Source: Eledone cirrhosa
Taxonomy: Eukaryota
Reading direction: 5' to 3'
DNA: 64,000 nucleotides
NCBI GenBank assembly: GCA_964016885.1
Contig: OZ024742.1
Coordinates: forward strand, 67,580,001 to 67,644,000
Program-made: the position numbers and the translations under genes
Shown here: positions 28,175-41,460 of the stretch, piece by piece
Layout: each line of letters begins with the position of its first letter
How positions within the stretch are numbered: the first letter of the stretch is position 1
The notes under the pieces: generated by a model
What the model saw: the letters and a program-made list of their open reading frames with translations, nothing else
Told to the model about the DNA's origin: nothing
Database searches by the model: none

Positions 28175-29850
28175 TGGTGCCTAGCCAGCACCAACTCGGA
28201 CATAACCAACAATGAGATTAATATCATACTTATGGCTAGGCAGACCATCATTGAATTCAACAGTGCACTCTGGACTAGAAAAGATAGAACGGACAACTTT
28301 GACATCACGATGCGCTCAAGTGACTCCGCAAATCACCGATTTAGTTGGAATTTACCTATTACATAACATCAGAGCCGAAATCCAACCCTTGCAAGGCGGA
28401 ATATAGAGGGACGACGGCATATTTGCAGTCCACAATTGCACTAATCGGGGCATTGATTTGCTTAAAAATCAATTACATAGATTCTTTAAAAATAACGGTC
28501 TCTCTATCACCATCGAGCCGAACCATAAAGTAGTAAACTTTCTAGACGTCACCCTGGATCTAAACAATAACCTATATTACCCTTACCATAAACCAGGTGA
28601 AATACTCATATATATTAGCCCACACTCTAACCACCCACCGGCAGTCATCAGAGCAGTAATCAAATATATCTCTTATAGGATCTCCATGCTATCAGCAAAT
28701 GAGGAGATATTTATAAACCATGCACAATATTATAATAAGGCTCATTCTGAATCTGGTTATCAACAATCCATTTACTACATACCTAAATGCCATAACACAG
28801 CAATTCACCAAATAAAATTAACACTAGAACTACCTTAGCATATTGCCAGATTCGCCGGAATTTTAGCAGTAACACCACCTATACAGGGAAGTTTAATGGT
28901 GGTAGCGGCCTGCTCCCCTCTCGAAGTAGCAAACTAAAAATCAACCCTAGAATAGGAATGAGAAATGGGATGACAAATAGCAAATACCCAGGTAATAGTA
29001 ACCCTAGGAAGGCCCCTACCAACCCCACTAGAACCCCTAGAAGGAATAGACCTAGAAATATCACCTGGCTTAACCCCCCATTCTCATCTAATCTAGCCAC
29101 TAATATCCCTAAACGCTTCTTCTCTATCCTATCTAAACATTCCCCCCCCCCAACCATAGATATTACAAACTCTTTAATAAAAATAACATTAAAATCTCAT
29201 TCTCCACAACACCTAACCTAGCTGGCCACATCGCATTCAGTAACCACAATAAACTAAGACATTATAACTCCAACACCGCGGTACCACCACCCCTATCAAA
29301 TACACCACGCCACTACACAAATAATTACTCTAGTAGCACACCTCCCCCATCTAATCCTTCTAGCACTGACCAACCGCTTAGGTTAAACGACCCTACTCTC
29401 ACTAACCGCAGAAGCAACTGCAACTGCCGCTACCCTAATGCATGCCCTTTAAATGGACACTGCCTGACACCCTACATAGTCTATAGGTGCACGGTTAAAA
29501 CTGCTTCGAATACCAGCTCTTATATCGGGTCTACCTCTAACTCTTTTAAGGTACGCTATAACGCACACTCTTTTTCCTTCCGATACGCTAGCAACAGATG
29601 TTCGACATCTCTAGCTAGGCTCATTAAAAATCTTAAATTAAGCAACATTGAACAATCACTAAAATGGGATATTGTAGCTAGGGCGCAACCGTTCAATGGA
29701 CGAAGAAAATCTTGTGATCTCTGTATTACCGAAGCATATTACATTTCTCTATCACGACCTCTACCGATTAACGGTAGAGCGGAGGTAACTATTAGCTGTC
29801 AACATCGAAGGGCTAATTCGTTCGCTAATAGAATATTTGACCGAACATAG
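28175..29850 (+). pseudogene. Penelope-like RT plus GIY-YIG endonuclease (disrupted); motif layout recalls the Naiad type
   Basis: FDITMRSSDSA/ITDLVGIYLL, GI*RDDG, VNFLDVTLDL, YHKP, SNHPP, RNITWLNPPFS, CNCRYPNACPLNGHCL, IVY...YIGST.NSFKVRYNAH, CDLC..E, N.R.E...CQH. The clade assignment is inference. Confidence 0.9.
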
Positions 29851-30213
29851 TCATCTAGCCCCATTTTTACTTGTAGCTAATAAGTTAAAATAGCTATAAC
29901 TAACTTAGATAATTATAAGTTACCTCCCCTACATTGTCTCTCAATTAAAAAATTTAAAAATTAGCACTTAACTATAAACTACCCACAATTTGTAATCTCT
30001 CGATGAGTTACTTCCCCTGAAACCACCCTCTAATTAGTAAGGTAAATATGTCCTATGGCGGCCATCTTGTTACCCATAGGCAGATCTCACAATGCAACCT
30101 CGACAGATGTATACTGCTTGGTTATGGCTGACAATTGACAACAACCAGGACACCATAGTGAAATACCAAGATATGTAACATTATCTCCTTATTTTAATTT
30201 ATATTCTTTTGAA

Positions 30214-30332
30214 GTTCCGATGAGCCGATCTGTTTTTAAATATGTTAATTATTTTCAACTGAACCAGATCAATAATGATATATAGTCATCTTATCTAGAA
30301 ATATTATATGGAGTAGCGAAACAATTGTAAAC
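30214..30332 (+). ncRNA. Hammerhead motif, family B, in the Penelope pseudo-LTR
   Basis: gtt CCGATGA gccgatct...(about 90 nt)...gagtagc GAAAC aatt GTA aac. Confidence 0.7.
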
Positions 30333-30622
30333 GGCCATTATTATTATTAATATTATTATTATTCTCTACATCAAAGTAAAATATGTTGACAATCTTTTAA
30401 TAATATCTTCCTTGTGAAATGTGTGGTCTTGTTTTGTTTAACTAATGAATATTTCCAGCTCTGCGCACCTAACTTCTGCATGAACCCAGCCACCTAGCTG
30501 CTTTCTACTGCATATTGCACATGCCTTTATGCTATGGCTTCTAACTAATTCACCAATCTCTCCTCATCTATCTTTCTCTCCTATCTCCATCTCCCTATTT
30601 AAGATTGGTTACTCTTGAAATG

Positions 30623-30673
<51 letters not shown>

Positions 30674-30675
30674 AT

Positions 30676-31110
30676 AGCAAGCTTTAAGAATACATTTTCT
30701 AACGGGGAAATCTCCGACAAATAACTGTGCGCATTTCTTCTAAGTTTAATTTTACTACTAATTACGTGCGGTTGACGGTGTATTTGATCGGATTCTGCAT
30801 GCTGCCGAAGTGTTTGATAAATGGTGAACGGAGTTAACGCGAACTAGCTGCGGTCAGTTATTTGTCGGAGATTTCCCCGTTAGAAAATTTATTCTTAAAG
30901 CTTGCTACATTTGATTATGTATATGGTTAATTATGCTGATTAGAAGAAGAATTAGTATATATTTTAATATCTGATTGATTCTGTAGACATGAGTTATGAT
31001 ATAATGCTCTGATTTTTTTAATTTTAATTTATTAATTCTTCATTGAGCTTAAAAGTGAACAGTTGCAACACATATTATATGTATCCTTGATTTAATTTAA
31101 TTTAATTTTA
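30676..31110. mobile_element. Foldback element related to 22820-23845
   Basis: 30676-30730 is inverted at 30855-30907; 30920-31080 resembles the reverse complement of 22880-23030. Confidence 0.7.
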
Positions 31111-31123
31111 TGTATGTGATAAC

Positions 31124-31195
<72 letters not shown>

Positions 31196-31360
31196 ATACT
31201 TGCGGAGGGTCATATTTGCGGAATAATATTGCCAGAATTAATAACAGAACACACTGACTGTTTGGTTGGTTTTCGCATCTGTGTGCCCAAGTATAACAAT
31301 ATTTGTTTCGACACCACACGATTTCATATAGAAAACCTTGCAAAACTAATTCATCACCGT

Positions 31361-31444
<84 letters not shown>

Positions 31445-31449
<5 letters not shown>

Positions 31450-31552
31450 CGATGATTTGATTGGAGACACACATTGTATTTAAGGTGGAGTGACGCATTT
31501 TCAAGTGATCAGCGGCCTTTAGACTGTCTGATCAATGAAACAATTGTTAATA
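31445..31552 (+). ncRNA. Hammerhead motif, family F, isolated between (TA)n tracts
   Basis: tatt CCGATGA t ttgattggagac...gtctgatcaa t GAAAC aatt GTT aata. Confidence 0.65.
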
Positions 31553-31615
31553 CTGTAAATAAAACCGTTTTTGTAAAGCCGCCCATGTCATTCTTCACTC
31601 TTACATTGTATACAT

Positions 31616-31675
<60 letters not shown>

Positions 31676-31693
31676 TATATATATATATATACA

Positions 31694-31776
<83 letters not shown>

Positions 31777-31804
31777 GTATATATATATATACAGTATATG
31801 TATA

Positions 31805-33412
31805 TAAACGGAAAAAATGAAAAGAAATTTCATTTCTCACTCTTAGTACGGCTGTTACCTAAATATAAGTATGTATACGTACATACATATATGAATACAG
31901 ACGTACAGTAGTATGTATATATACATACATGCACACATATATATATGTACGTATGGATTCACCGAACATTTATTATAATGTTCGGTGTGTTTGTAAACAA
32001 ACATCCCGAATTAAGGCGTACAGTGTCTAGCAACCATCGTTGCTCATTTGTTCAACCCTGACAAAGGAACGCTATACCCGTTTCAAGCTTATTAGCTATC
32101 GTCAGCAACGTATACCTTCCTGCCAGATGATTGAACGTCTGAAAGTATACACTTTCCTCATGCATATTAACGGTTGAGCAGCCTAATTTGCATATCGAGT
32201 GAGTTAATCGGCCGGGGTACCGAAAACGATAAACGGAAAAAATGAAAAGAAATTTCATTTCTCACTCTTAGTACGGCTGTTACTTAAATATAAGTATGTA
32301 TACGTACATACATATATGAATACAGACGTACAGTAGTATGTATATATACATACATGCACACATATATATATGTACGTATGGATTCACCGAACATTTATTA
32401 TAATGTTCGGTGTGTTTGTAAACAAACATCCCGAATTAAGGCGTACAGTGTCTAGCAACCATCGTTGCTCATTTGTTCAACCCTGACAAAGGAACGCTAT
32501 ACCCGTTTCAAGCTTATTAGCTATCGTCAGCAACGTATACCTTCCTGCCAGATGATTGAACGTCTGAAAGTATACACTTTCCTCATGCATATTAACGGTT
32601 GAGCAGCCTAATTTGCATATCGAGTGAGTTAATCGGCCGGGGTACCGAAAACGATAAACGGAAAAAATGAAACGAAATTTCATTTCTCACTCTTAGTACG
32701 GCTGTTACTTAAATATAAGTATGTATACGTACATACATATATGTATACAGACGTACAGTAGCATGTATATATATATATATACACACATGCACACATATAT
32801 ATATGTACGTATGGATTCACCGAACATTTATTATAATGCTCGGTGTGTTTGTAAACAAACATCCCGAATTAAGCCGTACAGTGTCTAGCAACCACCGTTG
32901 CCCATTTGTTCAACCCTGACAAAGGAACGCTGTACTAATTTCAAGCTTATTAGCTATCGTCAGCAACGTATACGTATACATACTTATATTTAAGTAACAG
33001 CCGTACTAAGAGTGAGAAATGAAATTTCGTTTCATTTTTCCGTTTATCGTTTGCGGTACCCCTGTCGATTAACTCACTCGATATGCAAATTAGGCTGCTC
33101 AGCCGTTAATATGCATAAGGAAAGTAAATACTTTCAGACGTTCAACTATCTGGCAGGAAGGTATACGTTGCTGACGATAGCTAATAAGCTTGAAACTAGT
33201 ACAGCGTTCCTTTGTCAGGGTTGAACAAACGAGCAACGATGGTTGCTAGACACTACGGCTTAATACGGGATGTTTGTTTACAAAAACACACCGAGCATTA
33301 TAATACATGTTCGGTGAATCCATACGTACATATATATATATGTGTGTATGTATATATATATATACATACTACTGTACGTCTGTATACATATATGTATGTA
33401 CGTATACATACT

Positions 33413-33415
<3 letters not shown>
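31805..33415. mobile_element. 425-bp HHR-containing tandem repeat (about 2.75 units) plus one inverted monomer; retrozyme-like
   Basis: Unit starts at 31805, 32230 and 32655; inversion near 32972. HHRs at 32070-32110, 32495-32535, 32928-32968 (-) and 33166-33206 (+). Confidence 0.9.
33166..33206 (+). ncRNA. Type I hammerhead ribozyme, family C (best-preserved copy)
   Basis: cgttg CTGACGA t agct aata agct t GAAAC ta GTA cagcg. Stem I extends via aggaa/ttcct across a 6-nt bulge. Confidence 0.85.
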
Positions 33416-33466
<51 letters not shown>

Positions 33467-33499
33467 ATATATATATTTATATATATATATAATAAATAA

Positions 33500-33645
33500 A
33501 TACAACATCGGAGAAAGCTTTTTAGCGATACTCCGGCCAAATTCCAACTCACTCAACAAACATTAGGAAATAAGTGATTATATACCCAATTATGCGTTCG
33601 GGGTGCTAACTAAAAGTATTGCGTGGAAAATTGGCTGTATTATTT
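33500..33645 (+). repeat. Dispersed repeat, second copy at about 26490-26635, both embedded in (TA)n
   Basis: gagaaagcttt..agcgat.ctc....caa....tcactc.a.aaacattagg....cccaattatg.gtt.ggggtgctaacta is shared by both. Confidence 0.75.
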
Positions 33646-33665
33646 CATATATATGTATATATAAA

Positions 33666-33760
<95 letters not shown>

Positions 33761-34157
33761 AAAGGCAAAATGCAAACTGAATGAATACTCAATACATGTG
33801 TATAATATATAGGATTGAATGTTTTTAAGCTTCACGTTGTAGTGACTTTGAAGTTCAGAGTTTATGCAACCTTTTTTCGATTGAAGAGTTGTATGAACAA
33901 TTTCCGTTGAATAAATTACACCAACGGTGCAATTATAACTCCTTAGTGAGACTGTATTTATGGCGTTTAATTTTTGCAAATTTTATGCCACTTGTTTTAC
34001 TTTTAAATTAAAATAACCAGAGAAACAATGGGGTAACTTGAACATACGACGCTTTATTGGCACAATTATCTGCATAACTCAACATCCAACTGCGATAATT
34101 TTTACCCTTATTCGTATACATTTTGTATCTTTATTAAACATATATATATATATATAA

Positions 34158-34224
<67 letters not shown>

Positions 34225-34312
34225 CACACATATATATATATATATATATATACATCTATATACTATATACATATATATATACTATATACATATATATATA
34301 TATACTATATAC

Positions 34313-34347
<35 letters not shown>

Positions 34348-34375
34348 AACTATATACATATATATATATATAAAC

Positions 34376-34425
<50 letters not shown>

Positions 34426-35574
34426 TACATGTATACACACACACACACACATATGCTTGTCTTGGTTTTGAATATAAACTGCTACATCAACTAAAAACAA
34501 ATTCTCATAAATTATATAAAACAACGAATCAAATATATAAAAGAGTACTTGACTAGTGTTTTACATAATGTTACCATATAAATTAAAAATATCAAACACA
34601 TGCCTTTTCTTTGTGTGTAACGTGCGTGCGGCATACGTCTATGTGCTGTGTGAGCGTGGCAGAGAAAGACAGTGTGAATGAGCGAGAGTGAGAGAGAGAA
34701 GTGTTTGCATGTGTGTATTTTTGTGGGAGTGTATGTGTCTGTGTGTGTGTTTGTGTGTCTGTGTGTGTGTTTGTGTGTCTGCGTGTGTGTGTGTGCTGTT
34801 AACAGATTTTGTTTAATGTTTTGAATGCATTAAATAACATTGATTTCCTTGTTCTTAATTAAAATGCTGACGTTTTTTTAGGGATAATAGATTTTTTTAT
34901 TATTTTGGTTAATACCGATTGTGATGCTGATGCTGAGAACGGCTATGATATGATATGAAATGCTAGTGGTGGCTGTGGTGGTGGTAGTAAAATATTGGTG
35001 TAGTTCTACATGTGTGCTGCTAACGGTAATGGTAGAAGACAATATTTTGGTCTCGTGAAAGAGGTAGTGATTAATAGTTATTACCATACTGATGGGGCTA
35101 GGTAGCTGAAGTAGCAGTGGTGGTGATGGGACTATTGGCTGAGAAGTCGTTTGGTACCAGAAGTGGTGATGGTGATCGTGTTTCGCGGTAGTTCAGAAGA
35201 TGACGTTCCTGATAATCGTTTTTGGTTTTGAATGAGAAATGATATTGTGGTTATACTGATAGGGCTAATATTGAAGTCTGTATTAAGATCGTAAGGCTGT
35301 ATTAGTTGATGTGATATCAACAGTCTATTTGGTAACAGGATTGTTTATGGCATTCTTTGTGGTGTAGAGTTTTGAATCCTATTTGCAGACCAACGCTAAT
35401 ATATATATTAGCGTTGGTAATATGTTGACTGGGTAAAATTGATGTTACGTCAGTTGTTTTGGTGGTGTCATTGGTGTTTCTGCTCTTAGTACATGTAATT
35501 GTGGCGTATATTATTGTTCTTTGAGACTCAGTCATTGATGTTATTTAACTGGAAAGTTTGTTGAAATGAATAGC

Positions 35575-36381
35575 AAGCCACGACTTGCAGCCTCAGGCAT
35601 TCAGGACGTAACGGGTGTTCTTGCTGTTCCCAGTAATCATACCTTTTGATGTGTTTCTAAAAGCGGGGCTGGACTAATCTTCTTTAACCATCCTTAGAAA
35701 CTCTTTGAGATAGTACCTAGTGCGCCTATAACAATCGGGACGACCTTGATCTCATGGCAGTTCCAAATCCTTTTAAACTCCCACTTTAAGTCCTGGTGTC
35801 GGTTAAATTTCTTCCTCTCCTTTTCTTGCACTCTCGTGTCAAATGGGCAGGCTATATCTGCAATCAGACACGATCTTTTATTCTTGTAAAAACCACCAAC
35901 TCAGGCCTATTATGTTCTAATTTCTTGTCCGTCTGCATCCTAAAATCCCATAGCCCCTTCACCTATCGTTTACTATCAACCACTCTGGCTTATGCTCATA
36001 ACTCTTCTCAGAATGTAGTAAATTGTTTACTTTGCATAGATACCAGTGGATCACCCTGCCTATCACATCATGTCTCCAGCCTTTATAGTGAGTCTGGGAT
36101 ATGTGTTTACACTCGGATACAATGTGAGCAACAGTCTCCTCTCTCTCTCCAGAGATCCTACACAGTGAGCTAGGCTCCTCTTTGTCAATATAGTGTTTCA
36201 CCTACTTCGTTCTGAGGGCTTGCTCTTGCGCAGCCATTAGCATCCCTTCTGTACCTTTTTAAGGTCTCCTCTTTTTAACCAGTTCCATGTCTGTGGATCT
36301 CTAAATTCTGTTTTCTTAAAGAAGGTGCTATGAAGGGATTTTTCATGAAGGTTGCTCCTCCTCCTTGTTGTTATTTCCTGC

Positions 36382-36382
<1 letters not shown>
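35575..36382 (-). mobile_element. 5'-truncated RLE non-LTR retrotransposon (R4/Dong-like)
   Basis: CR...EETVAHIVSEC...WRHD.IGRVIHW, LWDFRMQTD..LEHNRPE, DIACPFD, VVPIVIGALG. Abuts (TAA)n at 36383-36418. Confidence 0.85.
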
Positions 36383-36419
<37 letters not shown>

Positions 36420-39400
36420 GGCGACCTACGTACGAAATTGTATTATCGTGAGCTCCACAAAGGTTTGTTGTTTTCTGTTGTTTCAAATTACCAGTTATGG
36501 AAAACATTTGTTGTTAAGTATTTATAAACTCATATATATTGCTTTCTGAAAAGGACACTCAATAATATTGGGGCCTTGAGCCCAAAATTTGTACTTTATT
36601 TTATCAAACAAGAAACATGGAAATCCATTAGGTGAAAAAAGAAACATGGACGGCAATCGGCTACCCAAATCTGCTGACAGCAGTTCTATCAGACCAACAT
36701 CTCCCACCAGCACCGCCATTGTAAACCTTTCTACTGTTGCCAACACTGAAAATATAAGTAATAGCAGTGGCAATTATTTAGATTTGTCACGTACAGACAT
36801 GGATTTCCCACCATTACCAATGTCTACAGGTGTTAAAGCCGCCATCAACACCACCACATGTCAAATAGCACATCCAAAACCAAATGTGTCGTTTACTAAA
36901 GCGGCAAAGGAAAACGAAACGGTGGAAGTAGGCCATGAAGAATTGAATGAAGCTAAGATAATGGTAAAAAAATGTGGTTATAGGGTCAGCCTCATGCCCC
37001 CCCCCCCCCCTCATCTAATACCATGTAGCATCGGCGCCCAAGCACCGTATCATTTCGCACAATAATTACAAAAGCACGCCGAGTGGGACGGGCATCCGTG
37101 TCCCAGATACAAAAAGCTTTGGGACATGTGTAGGCTAAAAAAACCCACATCAGACGTGGACAAAAATATGGAACCGTGGATGTGTTCTTTGGAACCCCAC
37201 ATGGAACCAGAGAGCACCCCATGGCCCCATTAAAACTCGTCCCAAGCTATTGTGGTCAGAGTCTGGTAAGGATCAGGGTGACCCAGGTTCCGCCGGCCAT
37301 TGAAATACCCTGGCTAATGGCTGCCGTCCTCTCCGACATCGAGCCCGACACAAAAGTAATCGAGGTGATAAAAGTAAAGCAGGAGAACTGGTCCGGATCT
37401 GGGATGGAGCTCCCGATCCAAGCGGACAAAAAAACATTGAGGAAATTCCAGAGGTGATAGATCTTAATGACGGCAGCCACCTCACCGTAATCGTTGATGG
37501 TAGAAGGCCTAGGTGTGTCGTTTGTAGCGAAGGAACCCACCTAAAGGATTTCTGGCTAAAAAGTTGAGGTCACCTCGCCTGCCCTGCCCAGTAACTCAAC
37601 CATCAAAACCAGCAGCAGAAATGGCAGCAACAACTGTAGCAACAACAACAAAAGCAACTGTAGCAGCAACATAGCAACAACTGTAGCAGCAACAGTAACA
37701 CAACCAACACGACCACCACCCACTGCGCCAGAATTAGCACCAGTGCCTCCACCATCCACCGCGCCACAGCCAAAACTAACGCCCGTGGAGGATTTTCCAC
37801 TCCCCGACCTCTCACAACTGCAGACAGACTGTGACGACGAGGGGGAGTTGGAAACTGTATCTGGAAAAAAGAAAAAAAAAACAGAAAAGAAAAAATCCTC
37901 TTCCTTTGCCCTCCAAAAACAAAATGCAGGGCGAAATAAACAAACAACCTAACAAAAACGTTAAGACAGCTATGCCACCACCCACACCAGCATCACCAGC
38001 CCCATCACCACAAACACCAACGCCATCACCCTCATCAACCCCAACATCACCAACACCACAAAAATCGCCAACAAGCGAAACAGAAAGAAGTACACAACAA
38101 ATGCAAATCAAACAAAGCAACCAAAACGATACACACTACACACCATTAAATTTGAACAACAACCAATTCTTACACTACATCCAACACAACACCAGCATCT
38201 CAGAAAAAGACTATACAACACCCCAAAAATTCACACCACCCACATACATACAAATCACTCGCATCACACAGAAAACATACACAACACTAAAATTAAAATT
38301 CCCCAAGGACATCGGAGACTTCCGACAAACACTTTCCAGAAGGACTTCCTTCCGGAAGGGGCCACAAACAGTGAGACGGGCGGAAAAACCATCCTTCCTT
38401 CACAAGAACTAAGGTAAGTGGTCTTTCCCATCTTTTTCCACTCCTTTACAACATGACCTTACTCAGAATAGGCAGCATAAATGTGCGTGCCCTGGTGTCG
38501 TCATGGAAGCAAGGCCACCTGCTCAACGACCTCAGGTCACTAAACATAGATGTGGTGGCCATCAGCGAGACCAGAATCTCCGAAGCACGAGCCTTCGCAC
38601 CGATCTTCGGCGGCTACGATGTATACACATCTCCCAGCCGTCCTGGATCGGGGAGAGGAGTTGATGTGCTTTTTCAAAGAGGCTTCGATCTCGCCATACG
38701 GGCGTAGGTGTAAGTTGGTGGTGCTGGACGTGACCAGTGGAGACGGGAAAATTTCAGGCTAGTGGCCGTCTATGCCCCGACAAGAGCAGGGCGGCCTGAT
38801 ACCTTCCGGCGTCTGGTGACCTTTCTGGAACGTCCCGCCCTTTAGTGTTAGTGGGCGACTGGAACGGTATCATAGATGTACGCTGTGACTGTGTGAGGTT
38901 AGCGAATAGGGAGGAGGGTATAAAATCCTTGCATCTTGTTCAGATAGTTTCAACTGTCTGACAGGTACCGCCTGGTTTTCCCGAAAGCGCCAATGTGGAC
39001 ATGAACAAACCGCATAGGGTCATCCAGATCATATCTAGATAGTGTATTTTGTAGGGAAATAGATAGGTCTAGCATAGGTTGTCCACAATTCAAAATAGTC
39101 GACTACACGGACCACAAATTCGTGATCTGTGTGGTTGACTTACATAGATTTCATAACAGAGACCCGGCTACTCGAAGCTAAACGCGTCGTTAACAAGCGC
39201 AAGGCCTACAGAGACCGGATTAGCGAACTAAATAAGCTAGTGTTGACGGGGGACATCGTCAACAACAAATTGTGGTTTGCTCTGAAAAGAGCGATTAGAA
39301 TAGAGTCCATTAGGTTTACAAAGGCGTTAGGAATAGAGAAAATAAAGCAGAGGGAGAACTAGTTAGAAAATTAGACGAGGCGCTTAGTAAAGGCATCGCG

Positions 39401-41460
39401 TCCGACGAGCTTGCGGCGAAATTGGCCCCCGAACAATTCTTCAATGCAAAGCACGAAGGCTGCGTTGTCAGAGCAAGGGAGCGTGCTCTCAGACACGAGG
39501 GGACGAAAGCCGTTCGATGGGCGCGAGTGGCGGAGGCGCGTCGTAGAAATAATAAAGCCACGATCCTACTAGATCTCGGGAAATGTGTGAAGCTGTTCAG
39601 CGACACTTCGACGGACTGCTGCGGGTCTCAGCCACTGAGGCGGAGTGTTGCGAAAAGCCGATAACAGCCGCTGAAGTAAGGGAGGCAATGACTGGCTGCA
39701 CAAGGGGTAAATCGCCTGGTTTGGATGGTCTGCCCTACGAACTTTACGTACATATGCCAGACTTGTTCGGAGACCTCTTGGCGGATGTCTACTGCAACTG
39801 GCAACAGAACGGGAGAATTCCAAGCTCTGTGAGCCGAGGAGCGGTGGCGCTGCAGAGAAAGGATCCGAACAAGGGGGATAACATAGATAATTTCAGGCCC
39901 ATAACTCTGCTAAACACAGAGTTCAAGATTTTGGCCAAGGTGCTAGCAAAGAGGTTGGCGCTTGTCGTTGGTGGTCCGGTAGGAGAGGGGCAGACATGCG
40001 CCATTCCAAACAGATCCATCCACGACAGCATCTACCTCATTCGATGCATCGTGGAGAGAGTAGCTAGAGAAACTGGCACGAGTGGGTCCTTGATCAATTT
40101 AGAACAGTCGAAAGCTTTCGATAGGGTCGACCTTCGTTATCTGGCGGCAGTCCTGAGGGCGGCTCGCTTTGGGCCCGTCTTCAGAGGCTGGATAGCTGCC
40201 ATGCACAGCGACATCTGCTCTGTGGTGAGAGTGAACGGTCACTTTTCAGAACCGTTCAACATCATGCGATCGGTCCCCCCAGGATCTCCCCTCTCCTCCC
40301 TGTTGTACGTATTGACTCTCGAGCCATTACTGGACAAACTGGAGACGTTGAGGGGGTCCCGCGCGAACTGGGATGCAGAAGATTCATGTCATCATATGCA
40401 GACGATGTCACCGTAGTGGTGTCGCACGCCAGACACATCGAGGCGATCGACACTACACTAAAAGAATACAAAGCGTTGACAGGAGCAATGATCAACCAGG
40501 AAATGTCAGTGGGCCTGCAGCTCGGCATCTGAAGAGGCATGTCCATGACGTCCAACAGCGTCGTCGGGCTCTGGACGGACGGGCCGGTTAAATTGCTAGG
40601 GGTCTGTTTCGATCCAGACCTCCAGACGGACAAACACTTGGATGAGGTGACGAGCAGGGTTGCTTTTCTCACCCAGAAATGGGCAGAGAGGAAGCTATCC
40701 CTGAAAGGTCGAGCGGGGGTGGAGAATGCATATATCGCCTCCGTCATCTACTAACGCTTCACCGTTGTGCATCGTCCTAAACCCCGCCTGACTGCGCTGG
40801 AGCGTTTGTTCTTTCGCTGTTTGTGGAAGGGACGTGCGCGGATGGTCAGGCGGTCCATCTGCTGTCAACACCCACTACTGGAGGGCTGGGCATGTAGTGG
40901 CTTATGATGCGCAGACACGCGCTCATGCTACGACATCTCCACCTCTTCCTCGATGGTGGTCAGGTGTGGTCGCCGTTTGCTAGACGCGTGTTTCCCCAGC
41001 TTGACGGAGCTGCAGACGAAGCGAAGACCGAGAGGGAGCCCTTGGAGAGTGGAATGTCTTCAGGCGCTCACAGCCCTCGACCAGTCGAGCAATGCGATCG
41101 GTGGAAACTCCACCTTGTCGTTCTATAGAGAATTAGTGGAGGGGAAGAGTGACGACGTACTTGGGGAGACTCTAGTCGTCGACGAAAATCAACTAGCCAA
41201 TCTCTTCGGGAGAACTTTCGGGCCGGGGCCTATGGACAACTTCCAGAAATCCCTGGCCCTGCAGTGTTACCGAGGAGCATGGAAGTGCCGTCAGCCGGGC
41301 ATGTCTGAGATGCGCGCAGGGCCACGAAACCGTCCTGTACGCACTCGGCCAGTGTCTGAGCATTGTTGACTTGTGGGTTTATTTCGAACAGCTACTGTCG
41401 CGTGTAGGACGGATCCTGAGTCCATTTTGTTGAAAGATGGGTGAGAGAGGCAAGCATGGC
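36420..41460 (+). mobile_element. Tx1/L1-clade LINE copy 1 (decayed ORF1 and ORF2, 3' deleted)
   Basis: ORF1 with GRRPRCVVC....H knuckle near 37500. ORF2 from 38453: APE IGSINVRAL/AISET/GDWN/TDH, RT KSPGLDGLP, FRPITLLNTEFKILAKVLA, KAFDRVD, YADDV. Confidence 0.92.

Larger units (their letters stand above)
27466..30625 (+). mobile_element. Penelope-like retroelement, 5'-truncated, with about 700-bp inverted terminal copy
   Basis: 27466-28172 is the reverse complement of 29765-30447. RT and GIY-YIG lie between. Family B HHR motifs at 27591-27709 (-) and 30214-30332 (+). Confidence 0.95.

Noticed and set aside
29410-29850. Selenocysteine recoding as reported for some Naiad elements
   Set aside because: The conserved Cys positions read here use TGC/TGT, with no in-frame TGA.
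27466-30447. Interpretation as a TIR DNA transposon
   Set aside because: The interior encodes RT and GIY-YIG rather than a transposase, and the arm includes the endonuclease C-terminus.
30795-30860. ccgaagt...gcgaactagctg hammerhead-like fragment
   Set aside because: Core deviates at several positions and the stems are not convincing.
32052-33224. Repeated 68-70 aa ORF ([12 protein letters not shown]...)
   Set aside because: Incidental frame in the 425-bp unit; disrupted in the 11.8-kb copy while the RNA structure is retained.
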